Under the pieces are notes generated by a model that made no database searches, was not told where the DNA came from, and saw only the letters and a list, made by a program, of their open reading frames with translations. Shown in pieces: positions 1-9,893 of a DNA stretch of 64,000 bases (its first letter is position 1; each line of letters begins with the position of its first letter). Made by a program: the position numbers and the translations under genes. This DNA is from an uncultured Bacillota bacterium (GTDB taxonomy: Bacteria > Bacillota_I > Bacilli_A > RFN20 > CAG-826), in contig OX437086.1 of NCBI GenBank assembly GCA_949299565.1, positions 678,919-742,918 on the forward strand, read 5' to 3'.

Positions 1-611
1 TAAACAATCTTTTATCGCTTGACGTCGACCATTTAAGCCTTTATTCATTGACGGTTCGCGGAAATAGCGTCTTCAGCATCAAAAAAATCCCCGAGGCTAG
101 TCAGGAATTAGGGGCGGAATTATATAGCACAGCCCTCCAAATCTTGCGCGCGCATGATTATGAACGTTATGAAGTCTCCAATTTCGCTCGTCACGATGAA
201 AAATGTCTTCATAATCTTACATATTGGCATGACCTTCCATATGCCGGAGCTGGGCTTGGAGCGGCGGGATATCTCGATGATCATTATCGTTACCGCAACA
301 GCACATCACTTCCCTGCTATTTAGAAGGCCGAGGACGAGAAATTGAAGACGCCAGCGCTTTAAAGGATCAAATTGAATATTTTCTTTTGACGAACTTAAG
401 GCTTGAAGAAGGCTTTTCTTTAAACGATTTCTCAATGCGTTTTCAGCTTTCCTTTCCTTCTCTTTTTTCTAAAACGATAAAGAAATTCGAAGATAACGGA
501 TGCCTTTCAATGCAAAAAGAGATGCTAAAGCTCACCGATCGAGGGATAATGATACTCGATCGAATACTTGTAGAATTTTTTGAGGAATTAGATGGATATT
601 GCGCGCTATGA
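1..611 (+). CDS. hemW: Radical-SAM heme chaperone HemW/HemN-like, C-terminal part only; the 5' end lies before the window start
   Basis: Frame of ORF 48..611. Shows the HemN C-terminal domain pattern (YWHDLPYAGAGLGAAGYL...). Sits directly upstream of hrcA, as hemN(yqeR)-hrcA does in Bacillus. Confidence 0.7.
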   Translation, partial: NNLLSLDVDHLSLYSLTVRGNSVFSIKKIPEASQELGAELYSTALQILRAHDYERYEVSNFARHDEKCLHNLTYWHDLPYAGAGLGAAGYLDDHYRYRNSTSLPCYLEGRGREIEDASALKDQIEYFLLTNLRLEEGFSLNDFSMRFQLSFPSLFSKTIKKFEDNGCLSMQKEMLKLTDRGIMILDRILVEFFEELDGYCAL

Positions 612-1008
612 AAAACGCTTAGGTGCCTATTTGATTGATAAGGGAATATCGTGGATCTTCCTTGTCGTTTTCTTGATTTTGTTTTGGCTTTTTTTGCCGC
701 GCGACTTTTCGCTTTTTCTCTCGTTCCTTTTAGCGACGGGTCTTTCAATCATTTTGCACTGTCTTCTTCTTTTTCTTTCGTTATTTTTCACGCACGGCTC
801 GAGTTTAGGACTTTGGCTTTTTCATATTCGCATTGTTCATCCCGATTTATCGATCCTTTCGCCGAAAGAAAGTTTTATTCGTTCGTTGATTGCCTCTTTT
901 TTGGTGGTGGCGATCGCAGAAGCATCATTTATGTTAATTCGTCACACCGAACGTTCCGTCGCCGATCGCTTAACAAATACAATTGCAGTCAATATGCGAC
1001 AATTTTAA
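592..1008 (+). CDS. RDD-family small membrane protein
   Basis: N-terminal R..GAYLID motif, three or four hydrophobic helices, and a C-terminal DRLTNT(I/V)AV motif as in RDD-domain proteins. The overlapping ORF 651..1031 in another frame is judged spurious. Confidence 0.45.
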   Translation: MDIARYEKRLGAYLIDKGISWIFLVVFLILFWLFLPRDFSLFLSFLLATGLSIILHCLLLFLSLFFTHGSSLGLWLFHIRIVHPDLSILSPKESFIRSLIASFLVVAIAEASFMLIRHTERSVADRLTNTIAVNMRQF

Positions 1009-1013
1009 AGATT

Positions 1014-1040
1014 TTGGCAGTTGCGTCTTGACATTGCTAA
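1014..1040 (+). promoter_or_regulatory. CIRCE-like operator 1 (TTGGCAGTT-N9-CATTGCTAA), overlapping the -35 element
   Basis: Has the 9-N9-9 layout of the CIRCE consensus TTAGCACTC-N9-GAGTGCTAA, matching 6/9 and 7/9 positions. Lies immediately upstream of hrcA. Confidence 0.4.
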
Positions 1041-1056
1041 TAAGGGAAAGTAGTAT
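1028..1056 (+). promoter_or_regulatory. SigA-type promoter of the hrcA-grpE-dnaK-dnaJ operon
   Basis: -35 TTGACA (1028-1033), 17-nt spacer, -10 TAGTAT (1051-1056). Confidence 0.55.
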
Positions 1057-1060
1057 GCTT

Positions 1061-1087
1061 CTAGCAGTGGCGAGAGGCCATTGCTAA
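1061..1087 (+). promoter_or_regulatory. CIRCE-like operator 2 (CTAGCAGTG-N9-CATTGCTAA), between the -10 element and the hrcA start
   Basis: Second copy of the same 9-N9-9 motif. Near-perfect inverted repeat TAGCAGTGG/CCATTGCTA. In the classical CIRCE position downstream of the -10. Confidence 0.45.
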
Positions 1088-1092
1088 AGGTT

Positions 1093-2199
1093 ATGACAAG
1101 ACGCGATACTATCTTAAAACTGATTGTCGAGCATTTCATCAAAACCGCAGAACCAGTCGGCTCTTCGACGCTTCAAAAGACTTATGGTCTCAAAGTTTCG
1201 ACAGCGACGATTCGCAACGAGATGATGGCGCTTGAGAAAGAGGGATATCTCGAAAAGACTTATACGTCTTCTGGACGGGTTCCTTCAACTTTAGGCTATC
1301 GTTATTACGTTGAGAATCTAAGGAGTGGTGATGTTGATAACCTTGATGCGAGAAACGCTCTTCAAAGCGTCCTTTCTGAACGCGGAAAGTCGATTGAAGA
1401 AGTCATCAAGGAAAGCTGCGAAATTCTCTCGAACATGACTGATTTGGCTTCAGTGGTTCTCGGGCAGAAAACGACAGCGGAGCGCTTGGCTTCAATTCAA
1501 GTGGTGCCGCTCCCCGGACATGCCGCTTCTGCGGTTATCGTGACGGATTCAGGTTACGTTGAAAACAAAACCTTCCTTCTAACAGAAGAACAAGATCCTG
1601 AAGAAGTGCGGAAGATGGTTGAGATTCTCTCAGCGCGTCTAGCTGGCACACCGATCGGAGAAGTTTGCGCTAAATTAGAGGCCTTGCGACCAGCCCTTCA
1701 AGATTTCATCTTAGGCGAGGAAGCTTTGTATCAGGCTTTATTTAACGCTTTTGCGCGCTTTGCATCAGAACGCATCTCGACTTTCGGCAAAGATAAGCTC
1801 TATGAGCAACCGGAATTTCGCGATGATGCTGAGAAATTGCGGGAGCTTCTTTCTCTTCTTGAGAATCCAACGCGTCTCAGAAAGGCCGTTGAAGGAGGAA
1901 AGCTTCTACCATCCGGCGTTTCGGTCAGGATTGGAGAAGGGGGCTTGACGCTGATCTCGGCGGGGCTTCATATTCCCGGCGAGACGGGCGCTAGTTTGAC
2001 GCTTGTCGGACCTTCACGTCTCAATTATGAAAAAGTTCTTGCGACCCTCACGTACTTTGCTAGCGCTCTAGAAGAGTACTTCGGTAACAATAGAAAGAAA
2101 GGAGAACTGGTCAAAATATGTGGAGCAAAGACAAAGGAAAAGACAAAAAAGAAGAACCCCGAGAAGAAAATAACGAAGAAAACGACGAAGGGGAATTGA
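1093..2199 (+). CDS. hrcA: Heat-inducible transcription repressor HrcA
   Basis: MTRRDTILKLIVEHFIKTAEPVGSSTL... winged-helix N-terminus typical of HrcA. Followed by grpE-dnaK-dnaJ. The Lys-rich C-terminal tail overlaps the grpE start. Confidence 0.9.
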   Translation: MTRRDTILKLIVEHFIKTAEPVGSSTLQKTYGLKVSTATIRNEMMALEKEGYLEKTYTSSGRVPSTLGYRYYVENLRSGDVDNLDARNALQSVLSERGKSIEEVIKESCEILSNMTDLASVVLGQKTTAERLASIQVVPLPGHAASAVIVTDSGYVENKTFLLTEEQDPEEVRKMVEILSARLAGTPIGEVCAKLEALRPALQDFILGEEALYQALFNAFARFASERISTFGKDKLYEQPEFRDDAEKLRELLSLLENPTRLRKAVEGGKLLPSGVSVRIGEGGLTLISAGLHIPGETGASLTLVGPSRLNYEKVLATLTYFASALEEYFGNNRKKGELVKICGAKTKEKTKKKNPEKKITKKTTKGN

Positions 2200-2741
2200 A
2201 TTACACGATCAGCAAAAAAGAATGGGACGCTAAACTTCAAGAACTCAAAGCGGCGCATGAAGAAGCTGATAAATGGAAGAATGAATACTATTTATCCTTA
2301 GCTGACACTCAAAACCTCCGGAAGACACTAGAAGAGGATCACCGGACCGCTCTCCGTTACCGAAGCGCTGGCTTCGTTGAGAAATTGGTCATGCCGCTAG
2401 AAAGCTTCCGCATCGCTCTTGATGCGACTCCGACGAGCGAAGAGGCTATCAATTATAAAAAAGGGTTTGCTTACATTTATTCGCTCTTGATTGAAGCCTT
2501 GACTTCTGAAGGGGTAAAAGAGATCAATCCACCGCCAGGCGCAAAGTTCGATCCGGCTCTCATGGAGGCTATTAAAACCGAGGAGGGTGAAGAGGAAGGA
2601 TTGATTGTCAAAGTTGATGCGGTCGGCTTCCAACTTCTTGATCGCTTATTGAAACCGGCAAGAGTCACGGTTTCTATCAAGAAAAAAGAAGAAGTTAAAG
2701 ATGATAAAAAAGTGGAAGAATCCACAGAAGGAGATAAATAA
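2118..2741 (+). CDS. grpE: Nucleotide exchange factor GrpE
   Basis: Acidic N-terminus, a coiled coil, and a C-terminal GrpE fold ([13 protein letters not shown]...[10 protein letters not shown]). RBS AAAGGAGAA upstream. Confidence 0.9.
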   Translation: MWSKDKGKDKKEEPREENNEENDEGELNYTISKKEWDAKLQELKAAHEEADKWKNEYYLSLADTQNLRKTLEEDHRTALRYRSAGFVEKLVMPLESFRIALDATPTSEEAINYKKGFAYIYSLLIEALTSEGVKEINPPPGAKFDPALMEAIKTEEGEEEGLIVKVDAVGFQLLDRLLKPARVTVSIKKKEEVKDDKKVEESTEGDK

Positions 2742-2743
2742 AT

Positions 2744-4573
2744 ATGGCAAAGGAAATTATTGTCGGTATCGATTTAGGAACAACAAATTCAGTTATTTCG
2801 TATATGCAGGCTGACGGGAAAGTCAAAGTCATCCCGAATCCCGAGGGCACGAACACAACGCCGTCGGTCGTGGCTTTTAAAGGCAGCGGCGAAGAGATTG
2901 TCGGCAATGCTGCTAAAAGACAAATGATCACGAACCCTGACACCGTTCGGAGCGCTAAGCGCAAAATGGGCACTTCTGAAAAGTTCCACATCGCTTGCTT
3001 AAATAAAGATTACACGCCCCAAGAAATCTCAGCCAAAGTTCTTGCTTACATGAAATCTTATGCCGAGAAAAACATCGGGCAGCCAGTCAAAAAAGCCGTC
3101 ATCACAGTACCTGCTTATTTCAACGATGCCCAGCGGCAAGCGACAAAAGATGCCGGAACGATTGCTGGACTTGACGTCGTGCGGATTATCAATGAGCCAA
3201 CTGCTTCTTGCTTAGCTTATGGTCTTGATAGCAACAAGTCTGGAAAAGTTCTCGTCTTTGACCTTGGTGGCGGAACTCTCGACGTCTCGATTCTCGATAT
3301 CGGAGATGGAACCTTCCAAGTTCTTTCAACGAACGGCGACACGCGTTTAGGCGGTGACGACTGGGATAACGCCGTTGCTGATTGGATTCAGGCCCAGATT
3401 CAAATGGAAACGGGAATGCGTTTGGACGACGCGATGGCGCGTCAACGTTTCCTTGACGCAGCTGAGAAGGCTAAGATTGAACTCTCTTCATCTTTAGAAA
3501 CGACAATTTCTCTTCCGTTTATCGGCATGGGCAAGAATGGTCCTATTTCTTATGAAGGAAAACTCACGCGTGCCGAATTCCAACGTTTGACGCAGAATCT
3601 TTTGGAACGTTGCCGCATACCGATGGAAAAAGCGATGAAGGATGCGGGGCTGAATTACAATGAGATCGACGAAGTTTTGATGGTCGGCGGTTCCACGAGA
3701 ATGCCGGCTGTTCAAGAGATGGTCGAAAAAGAGACTGGCAAGAAATTAAATCTTTCAGTCAACCCCGATGAAGCGGTCTCGCTTGGGGCTGCAATCCAAG
3801 GCGCGGTTATCGCTGGCGATGTCAAGGATGTCGTTTTACTCGACGTAACTCCTTTGACTTTAGGAATTGAAACTTTGGGCGGAGTTATGACGCCTTTAAT
3901 TCCTCGCAACACGACGATTCCGACAACGAAGAGTCAGATTTTCTCAACGGCCGAAGATAACCAGCCGGCTGTCGACATCATGGTTTATCAAGGCGAACGT
4001 CCGATGGCGCACGATAATAAGCTCCTTGGACATTTCACTTTGACGGGCATTAATCCCGCCCGCCGCGGACAACCGCGAATTGAAGTGACTTTCTCGATTG
4101 ACGTCAACGGCATCGTTAAGGTTTCAGCGAAAGACTTAGATACGCAAAAGTCGCAAGATATCACGATTTCTGGTTCGAACGGACTTTCAAAAGAAGATAT
4201 CGATCGGATGATTAAGGACGCCGAAAAGAATAAAGAGGCTGATGAAAAGCGGAAGAACGATATCGAAGTGAAAAACAAAGCTCAAACTTATGTTGATGAA
4301 ATCAACCGTGTCTTGAGCGAAAAAGGCGACAGCATGAAACCGGAAGAGAAAGACGAACTCACGAAATTACGCGATGAGGCACAAGGAGCCATTCAAAGCG
4401 ATAATATCGAAAAATTGCGGGAGATTGTTGGACGCTTGGAAGACGCTGCGATGAAAGCGCAAAGCGCGCATAACGCTTATCAAAATACTTCCGGAGCTTC
4501 TTCGACTAACGAAAATAAAGATAGTTCCAATGACGACGTCATTGATGCTGATTTCACCGACAAAAAGGCTTAA
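2744..4573 (+). CDS. dnaK: Chaperone DnaK (Hsp70)
   Basis: [26 protein letters not shown] and other Hsp70 signatures over the full length. 609 aa. Confidence 0.97.
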   Translation: MAKEIIVGIDLGTTNSVISYMQADGKVKVIPNPEGTNTTPSVVAFKGSGEEIVGNAAKRQMITNPDTVRSAKRKMGTSEKFHIACLNKDYTPQEISAKVLAYMKSYAEKNIGQPVKKAVITVPAYFNDAQRQATKDAGTIAGLDVVRIINEPTASCLAYGLDSNKSGKVLVFDLGGGTLDVSILDIGDGTFQVLSTNGDTRLGGDDWDNAVADWIQAQIQMETGMRLDDAMARQRFLDAAEKAKIELSSSLETTISLPFIGMGKNGPISYEGKLTRAEFQRLTQNLLERCRIPMEKAMKDAGLNYNEIDEVLMVGGSTRMPAVQEMVEKETGKKLNLSVNPDEAVSLGAAIQGAVIAGDVKDVVLLDVTPLTLGIETLGGVMTPLIPRNTTIPTTKSQIFSTAEDNQPAVDIMVYQGERPMAHDNKLLGHFTLTGINPARRGQPRIEVTFSIDVNGIVKVSAKDLDTQKSQDITISGSNGLSKEDIDRMIKDAEKNKEADEKRKNDIEVKNKAQTYVDEINRVLSEKGDSMKPEEKDELTKLRDEAQGAIQSDNIEKLREIVGRLEDAAMKAQSAHNAYQNTSGASSTNENKDSSNDDVIDADFTDKKA

Positions 4574-4592
4574 TTAAAATGGCTTTTTCTAA

Positions 4593-4626
4593 GAAGGCTC
4601 CTCAACGGGGCCTTCTTTGTGGTTTT
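4593..4626 (+). terminator. Stem-loop plus T-tract between dnaK and dnaJ (partial terminator or attenuator)
   Basis: GAAGGCTCC-tcaac-GGGGCCTTC followed by TTTGTGGTTTT. Confidence 0.5.
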
Positions 4627-4642
4627 CAAAGGAGTAATTTAG

Positions 4643-5779
4643 ATGGCTAAGCGAGATTATTATGAAGTTTTAGGAATTAACAAAAGCGCTAGTAAAGATG
4701 AGATTCGGAGCGCTTATCGTAAATTAGCCAAAAAATACCATCCTGACATCAATCACGAACCAGATGCTCCAAAAAAGTTCGAGGAGATTCAAGAAGCGTA
4801 CGACGTTCTCTCTGATGACAATAAGCGCGCTCAATATGATCAATTCGGAATGGCGGCTTTCAGTCAAGGCGCTTCGACCGGAGGAGCCGGAAATCCTTTC
4901 GGACAAGGATTTTCTTCGCAAGGATTTGGCGATGTTGATTTAGGCGACATCTTCAATTCTTTCTTTGGCGGAAGCCCGTTTGGGAATCGCCGGGGAAGTA
5001 ATAGCTCTTCTCCGCGGAAAGGGGCTGATAAATTAGCCTCAGTTCGCATCTCTTTCATGGATTCGATAAAAGGCGTGAAGGTCAGTCTCAACGTCAATTA
5101 TGAAGCACCATGTAAACATTGTCATGGAAGCGGTGCTGAGACGCCCGATGATCTTGTGACTTGCCCGGATTGCGGAGGGCGCGGTTATAAAACAGTGCAG
5201 CAGCGTACTTTTTTCGGCGTCAGCGAAACGCAAGTTATTTGTCAAAGATGCCATGGTCGCGGGAAGATTGTCCGTCATGTCTGCCATGAATGCCAAGGCG
5301 AAGGTTATAAAAAGACCCGTACTAATTTAGAGGTCAATATTCCAGCCGGCATCATTTCCGGTCAGCAACTCCGCGTCAGCGGCTATGGAGAACGCGGTCG
5401 CAACGGCGGTCCGAATGGCGACTTAATCATTGAAGTCGAAGTCGAAAAAGACCAAATCTTTGAACGCGACGGCAACGACATTCATATCGAACGCGAAATT
5501 TCTTTTGTGGACGCGGCTTTGGGATGCAAATTAGAAGTTCCGACGGTTTATCGAACTGTTGAGGTTGAAATACCGTCCGGCACTCAAAGCGGAGCGATCA
5601 TTCGTTTGAAGGGCGAGGGGATTAAAGGCAATAACCGGAAAGCCGGCGATCAATACATTCACCTTAAATGCATCGTTCCGACTTTTCTCAGCGAATCGCA
5701 AAAAGATTTGTTGCGGCAATTTCAGAAAGAGGAAGCAGCAAAAGGAAACAAAAGCTGGGGTCGTTTTTTCCGCAAATAA
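4643..5779 (+). CDS. dnaJ: Co-chaperone DnaJ
   Basis: J-domain (HPD), a Gly/Phe-rich linker, and four CxxCxGxG zinc-finger repeats. Confidence 0.95.
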   Translation: MAKRDYYEVLGINKSASKDEIRSAYRKLAKKYHPDINHEPDAPKKFEEIQEAYDVLSDDNKRAQYDQFGMAAFSQGASTGGAGNPFGQGFSSQGFGDVDLGDIFNSFFGGSPFGNRRGSNSSSPRKGADKLASVRISFMDSIKGVKVSLNVNYEAPCKHCHGSGAETPDDLVTCPDCGGRGYKTVQQRTFFGVSETQVICQRCHGRGKIVRHVCHECQGEGYKKTRTNLEVNIPAGIISGQQLRVSGYGERGRNGGPNGDLIIEVEVEKDQIFERDGNDIHIEREISFVDAALGCKLEVPTVYRTVEVEIPSGTQSGAIIRLKGEGIKGNNRKAGDQYIHLKCIVPTFLSESQKDLLRQFQKEEAAKGNKSWGRFFRK

Positions 5780-5829
5780 TCATTTATTTTCTATCAGCCT
5801 TTGCTTAAAGTAGAGAAGGGATAATTGCC

Positions 5830-6285
5830 ATGAATAAATATATGGAAATTGCGTTAGAAGAAGCAGAAAAAGGAATTGCTTCTGGACATGGCGGACCTTT
5901 TGGAGCCGTGATTGTTTTAGATGGAAAAATTGTGGGGCGCGGTCACAATCAAGTGATTAAAAACCAAGATCCCACTTGCCATGGCGAAATGATGGCCATT
6001 CATGATGCTTGTCAAAATTTAAAGACCTTCAATCTTGAAGGGGCTGAACTTTATACGACCGGTTATCCGTGCCCGATGTGTCTAGGTGCGATTTTATGGG
6101 CGAATATCAAGAAAGTTTATTATGGTTGCAACGTTGTCGATACAGAAAAAATCGGCTTTCGCGACCAGGCTTTCTATGAATTCTTGGAAAGCGAAGATAA
6201 AGAAAAATTCATCAGCGAACTTGACCGCGAGGCTTGCTTAAAGCTTTACGATGATTATCTAAAAACTCAGCATCAGGAGTATTAA
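5830..6285 (+). CDS. guaD: CDA-fold zinc deaminase, guanine deaminase (GuaD)-like
   Basis: GGPFGAVIV...CHGEMMAI...PCPMCLGAI matches the Bacillus GuaD zinc-binding motifs more closely than TadA (PVGAV / PCTMCAGAI). Confidence 0.55.
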   Translation: MNKYMEIALEEAEKGIASGHGGPFGAVIVLDGKIVGRGHNQVIKNQDPTCHGEMMAIHDACQNLKTFNLEGAELYTTGYPCPMCLGAILWANIKKVYYGCNVVDTEKIGFRDQAFYEFLESEDKEKFISELDREACLKLYDDYLKTQHQEY

Positions 6286-6286
6286 A

Positions 6287-6727
6287 ATGCCGAAGTGCAT
6301 TCATTGTGGTAAAGACATTACATCTTTTGATTACGACATTTGCCCGCATTGCGGGCAGAAAAATCCTCTCGGAACATATCGGACGAAAGATATCACTACT
6401 TTTGTGGAGCCGATCGAGCAAGATGCGAAGTTGAGGAAAAGCAAAAGTCGTCTCTTCTTTTTGTTTCTTGGTTACAGTTTAGGAATTTTTGGTCTTCATT
6501 GGTTTTATCTCGGCTATAAATTGCGAGGTTTCTTGAATCTTTTTATAACTGCGCTTGTGGTGGCCGGAATCGGAAGCGTTCTTTATTTCCTTGTTCCCGT
6601 TTTAGCAAATTATGCGATGGCTTATTGGTTACTAGCGATTTTGCTTTTCTTGATTAATCTTTTCGTGATGCTATCTCTTACGCGAAGCGATGATCTCCTT
6701 GATCGACATGGCGAGAGGCTTCGTTGA
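6287..6727 (+). CDS. Zinc-ribbon plus TM2-domain membrane protein
   Basis: N-terminal CxxC...CxxC zinc ribbon, then GIFGLHWFYLGY (TM2 domain signature) and further helices. Confidence 0.5.
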   Translation: MPKCIHCGKDITSFDYDICPHCGQKNPLGTYRTKDITTFVEPIEQDAKLRKSKSRLFFLFLGYSLGIFGLHWFYLGYKLRGFLNLFITALVVAGIGSVLYFLVPVLANYAMAYWLLAILLFLINLFVMLSLTRSDDLLDRHGERLR

Positions 6728-7437
6728 TGGAGACTTTTTTCGTTGAATGGAATAAGGAAATCGCGAAACTCAGAAGCGAAGATGAGTTTCATTTATCGCA
6801 CGTTAAAAGAGTGAGAATCGGTGAGAAGTTTCGCTTAGTCGGGCCTGATCATCGTCCGTTTTTAGGCGTTGTTGAGAATTTAAAACCGCTCACCTTAAAA
6901 AGAATGAACGATGAAGTTTTATCGACAACGGAACTTAAAGTCCCAATCGCTTTAGCATTTCCGCTTTTGAAAAACGGGAACGATGCTTTGATTGTCGAAA
7001 AAGGGACAGAATTAGGGGTCCGAAAGTTTTATCCGTTCGTTTCCGAATATAGCGTCATTCGCTTGGGAGAAACAAAAGAGCAGGAGAAAAAACGCGAACG
7101 CTTCTCGCGCATTGCGCGTGAGGCTGCTCGACAATCGGGTCGCGATTATATTCCGGAAATCGCTCCTTTTTGTTCTTTAAAAGATATAGCGCAGTTAAAA
7201 TGTGAAATGAAAATCTTGGCTTATGAAGGAGAGGCTAAAAGTAGAAGCATCTTCCCTTCTTTTTCCGATGTTTCTTCTTGCCTTCTTCTCAGCGGTCCCG
7301 AAGGAGGATTTTCGCCTCAGGAAGTCCTTTATTTGAAGGAAAGTTTTCATTTTGTCGGTTTAGGACCAACGATTCTCCGAGCGGAAACGGCAAGCCTTTG
7401 CCTTTTGATGAACGTGAGGTCTAAAATCTTAATATGA
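6727..7437 (+). CDS. rsmE: 16S rRNA (uracil1498-N3)-methyltransferase RsmE
   Basis: C-terminal LLSGPEGGFSPQE...LGPTILRAETA SPOUT motifs. Occupies the position of yqeU in Bacillus, after dnaJ. Confidence 0.8.
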   Translation: METFFVEWNKEIAKLRSEDEFHLSHVKRVRIGEKFRLVGPDHRPFLGVVENLKPLTLKRMNDEVLSTTELKVPIALAFPLLKNGNDALIVEKGTELGVRKFYPFVSEYSVIRLGETKEQEKKRERFSRIAREAARQSGRDYIPEIAPFCSLKDIAQLKCEMKILAYEGEAKSRSIFPSFSDVSSCLLLSGPEGGFSPQEVLYLKESFHFVGLGPTILRAETASLCLLMNVRSKILI

Positions 7438-8258
7438 AACCACTTGATATTTATCAACTTTCATATCGTGAACGGACGAAAGCGCGTGCCCATAAAGAGG
7501 AAGATAATTTCTTTCTTTCCTCTTCTTATTTGCTCGGCGCTTGCGCTTCGTGGGCACCGTATTTAAAGCCGAAAAATTCCTTCGATGTCATTCGCGCGAA
7601 TATTTTGATCAGAGCTTTCCTCAATAAGAAAACGCTCGAAAAGAGTTATTCATTGAAGACAAAAACGTTACTTGAGAAAAAGCATTTGAATAGTCTCTCA
7701 CTTGAAGAATTCATGCTTGATGTCAGGGCGGAACTTCCGCATTTTGACTATCAAGGAAAAACTATTTATGTGCCTTTTTTTCCGCTTTCGATCAACGAAA
7801 TCTATAGTTATCACTTAGAACGTTTGGATGAAAAGCCATATCATAATCTTCTCAATGATTTTGAGTCGGTAATGGTGGATCCCTTTGATTATTACGGCTA
7901 TAAGTTATTCGCTTCGCCTTTCTGTCATTTGGTGATGCTGCATAAAGAGAAAGATGGAGCGGCTTTTTATGATTATGATCAAGAGGCTCTTTATTTCGTG
8001 AATGAACAAGGACGCTTGGATGGGGCGCTTTATCTTTTTGATCGCTTTTTATTAAACCCGAAAAAGAGTCGAATCGTTCCGCGTTTAGAGACGGTTTTAG
8101 AAGCATATTACGCGAATAACCAAGAACTTTTTTATGAACGTCTCTTGGTCGAAGGCTTTTTCTCTTATCATTTTTTGTCGCTTTTAAAAAAGGCTCGTCT
8201 TTCTTTACAAGAAAAAAGCGAAAAAATTCAAGCAAAGGACGAAAAGAAAGATCAATGA
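7434..8258 (+). CDS. Hypothetical protein (no recognisable domain)
   Basis: 274-aa ORF joined by 4-bp overlaps to rsmE and mtaB, so probably expressed. Has no methyltransferase motifs, so it is not prmA. Confidence 0.45.
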   Translation: MKPLDIYQLSYRERTKARAHKEEDNFFLSSSYLLGACASWAPYLKPKNSFDVIRANILIRAFLNKKTLEKSYSLKTKTLLEKKHLNSLSLEEFMLDVRAELPHFDYQGKTIYVPFFPLSINEIYSYHLERLDEKPYHNLLNDFESVMVDPFDYYGYKLFASPFCHLVMLHKEKDGAAFYDYDQEALYFVNEQGRLDGALYLFDRFLLNPKKSRIVPRLETVLEAYYANNQELFYERLLVEGFFSYHFLSLLKKARLSLQEKSEKIQAKDEKKDQ

Positions 8259-9532
8259 ATTTTTATTTAGAGAGTTTAGGCTGCAAGGTCAATGCCTGCG
8301 AGATCGGCGGTTTCCGTTCTTTGTTATTAGAAAACGGACATCAAGAAGTTAAAGATCCGATCAGCGCGGATGTTTTGCTTATCAATACTTGCTCGGTAAC
8401 GCATGAAAGCGGGCGAAAATCGCAGCAACACATCAGGCGTTTGCGGAGATTAAATCCGAAGGGTTTTTTAGTCGTGATGGGCTGTGAAACGGAGCGTTTA
8501 GGTCTAGAAGTTTTAAAGCTTGGCGTCGATTTGGCGTCAGGAACGCATGCACGGCTTGAACTTTTAGATATTGTCCTCAAATATTTAAAAAGCGGAGAAA
8601 AGCCTCTTCCATCCTTTATTTCTTCCAAAAAAGAAGGCTTTCAAGAATTTCCCGGCGCAAGCGCGGAGAATCATCTCCGAGCCTATTTAAAAATTCAAGA
8701 CGGTTGCAATTCTTTTTGCTCGTATTGCTTAATTCCTTATCTTCGCGGACGGAGCGTTTCGCGCGATCCTCAATGCATTATTGAGGAGGCCAAAAAATTA
8801 ACGATCAATCATCCAGAATTAGTGCTTGCCGGCATTCATATCGGGAAATACGGTTTAGATTTAACGCCCAGAAATAATTTGACTCAATTGATTGAAAGAA
8901 TTTTAAAAGAAGTAGGAGATTTGAAACGCTTGCGAATTTCTTCTTTAGAGGAAAGTGAAATCGATGAAGAATTTTTAACTCTTTTCGCCAAAGAAGAAAA
9001 GATTGCAAATCATTTGCATTTGCCGCTTCAATCCGGCTCCGAGAAGATTTTGCGTTTAATGGGTCGGCCATATATGCCGAGCGGCTATTATGAAAACGTT
9101 CAAAAGGCACGAGCTGCACGTGAAGACGTGGCGATTACAGCTGATTTAATCGCCGGTTTTCCCGGTGAAAATGATGATGACTGGAAGGAAACGATGTCGT
9201 TCCTTCGAAAGTGCGCTTTTTCTGAACTGCATGTTTTTCCCTATTCAAGACGTGAAGGAACAAGAGCGAGCGCCTTAAATGATTTGCCGATGAACATTAA
9301 GAAAGAACGCGTTCGCGAAGCCTTAACGCTTTCCGATGAACTTTCAATGGAATATCGTAAAAAATTCAGTGGCCAAAGAGTCCAGGTTTTATTCGAGACC
9401 TTCGATGGGCGCTATGCCTTTGGCCATAGTTCCAATTATTTGACTGTCAAAATTCCTAGTTCGCGTTCATTGCGTGGCGAAATCCATGAAATCGTCTACG
9501 ATTCTTCGATGGGGCCTTCGAAAGGATTATGA
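8255..9532 (+). CDS. mtaB: tRNA t6A37 methylthiotransferase MtaB (radical SAM, MiaB-like)
   Basis: N-terminal MTTase domain cysteines (GCKVN...NTCSV...MGC), a radical-SAM CNSFCSYC motif, and a TRAM-like C-terminus. In the yqeV position after rsmE. Confidence 0.8.
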   Translation: MNFYLESLGCKVNACEIGGFRSLLLENGHQEVKDPISADVLLINTCSVTHESGRKSQQHIRRLRRLNPKGFLVVMGCETERLGLEVLKLGVDLASGTHARLELLDIVLKYLKSGEKPLPSFISSKKEGFQEFPGASAENHLRAYLKIQDGCNSFCSYCLIPYLRGRSVSRDPQCIIEEAKKLTINHPELVLAGIHIGKYGLDLTPRNNLTQLIERILKEVGDLKRLRISSLEESEIDEEFLTLFAKEEKIANHLHLPLQSGSEKILRLMGRPYMPSGYYENVQKARAAREDVAITADLIAGFPGENDDDWKETMSFLRKCAFSELHVFPYSRREGTRASALNDLPMNIKKERVREALTLSDELSMEYRKKFSGQRVQVLFETFDGRYAFGHSSNYLTVKIPSSRSLRGEIHEIVYDSSMGPSKGL

Positions 9533-9560
9533 GATGATCAGTCATAAAAATGAATTTTTT

Positions 9561-9654
9561 TGGACATTGTTATAAAAGAAACACTGATGTTTTTGAGATT
9601 TTTTTGACATTGTCTAATTATTTCTTTTGCTTTTTGTTTCGAGCTTTATATAAT
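9561..9654 (+). promoter_or_regulatory. Promoter region of rpmF with two tandem T(G/T)GACATTGT motifs
   Basis: TGGACATTGTTATAAAAG (extended -10-like TGTTATAAA) and TTGACATTGTCTAATTA, then a TATAAT at 9649-9654 with a weak TTTTGC -35. Confidence 0.3.
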
Positions 9655-9682
9655 GCAACAGGAAAGTGAGAGGTGAAGAGAG

Positions 9683-9871
9683 ATGGCAGTACCGTTCAGA
9701 AGAACATCGAAGACACGGAAAAGATTAAGAAGAACACACTTCAAATTAGAAGCGACGGGTTTAGTGACGTGCCCGCATTGCGGAGCTTTAATCAAGGCTC
9801 ATCATGTCTGCAAAGAATGCGGATATTATGATGGGAAGGATGTCCTTCATCTTAAGAAAGAAGAAAAATAA
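9683..9871 (+). CDS. rpmF: 50S ribosomal protein L32
   Basis: [22 protein letters not shown]...CPHCG...CKECGYY is the L32 signature. Confidence 0.9.
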   Translation: MAVPFRRTSKTRKRLRRTHFKLEATGLVTCPHCGALIKAHHVCKECGYYDGKDVLHLKKEEK

Positions 9872-9893
9872 ATTAACGACAAAATGATTTTTC

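Noticed and set aside
651-1031. 126-aa ORF overlapping the RDD-family gene in another frame
   Set aside because: Low-complexity translation of the same DNA. The 592..1008 frame shows RDD-family motifs, so this one is spurious.
2397-4278. Several 60-100-aa antisense or alternative-frame ORFs inside grpE and dnaK (e.g. 2695..2991 -, 3494..3715 -)
   Set aside because: They lie within strongly supported genes and have no RBS or homology. They are six-frame noise.
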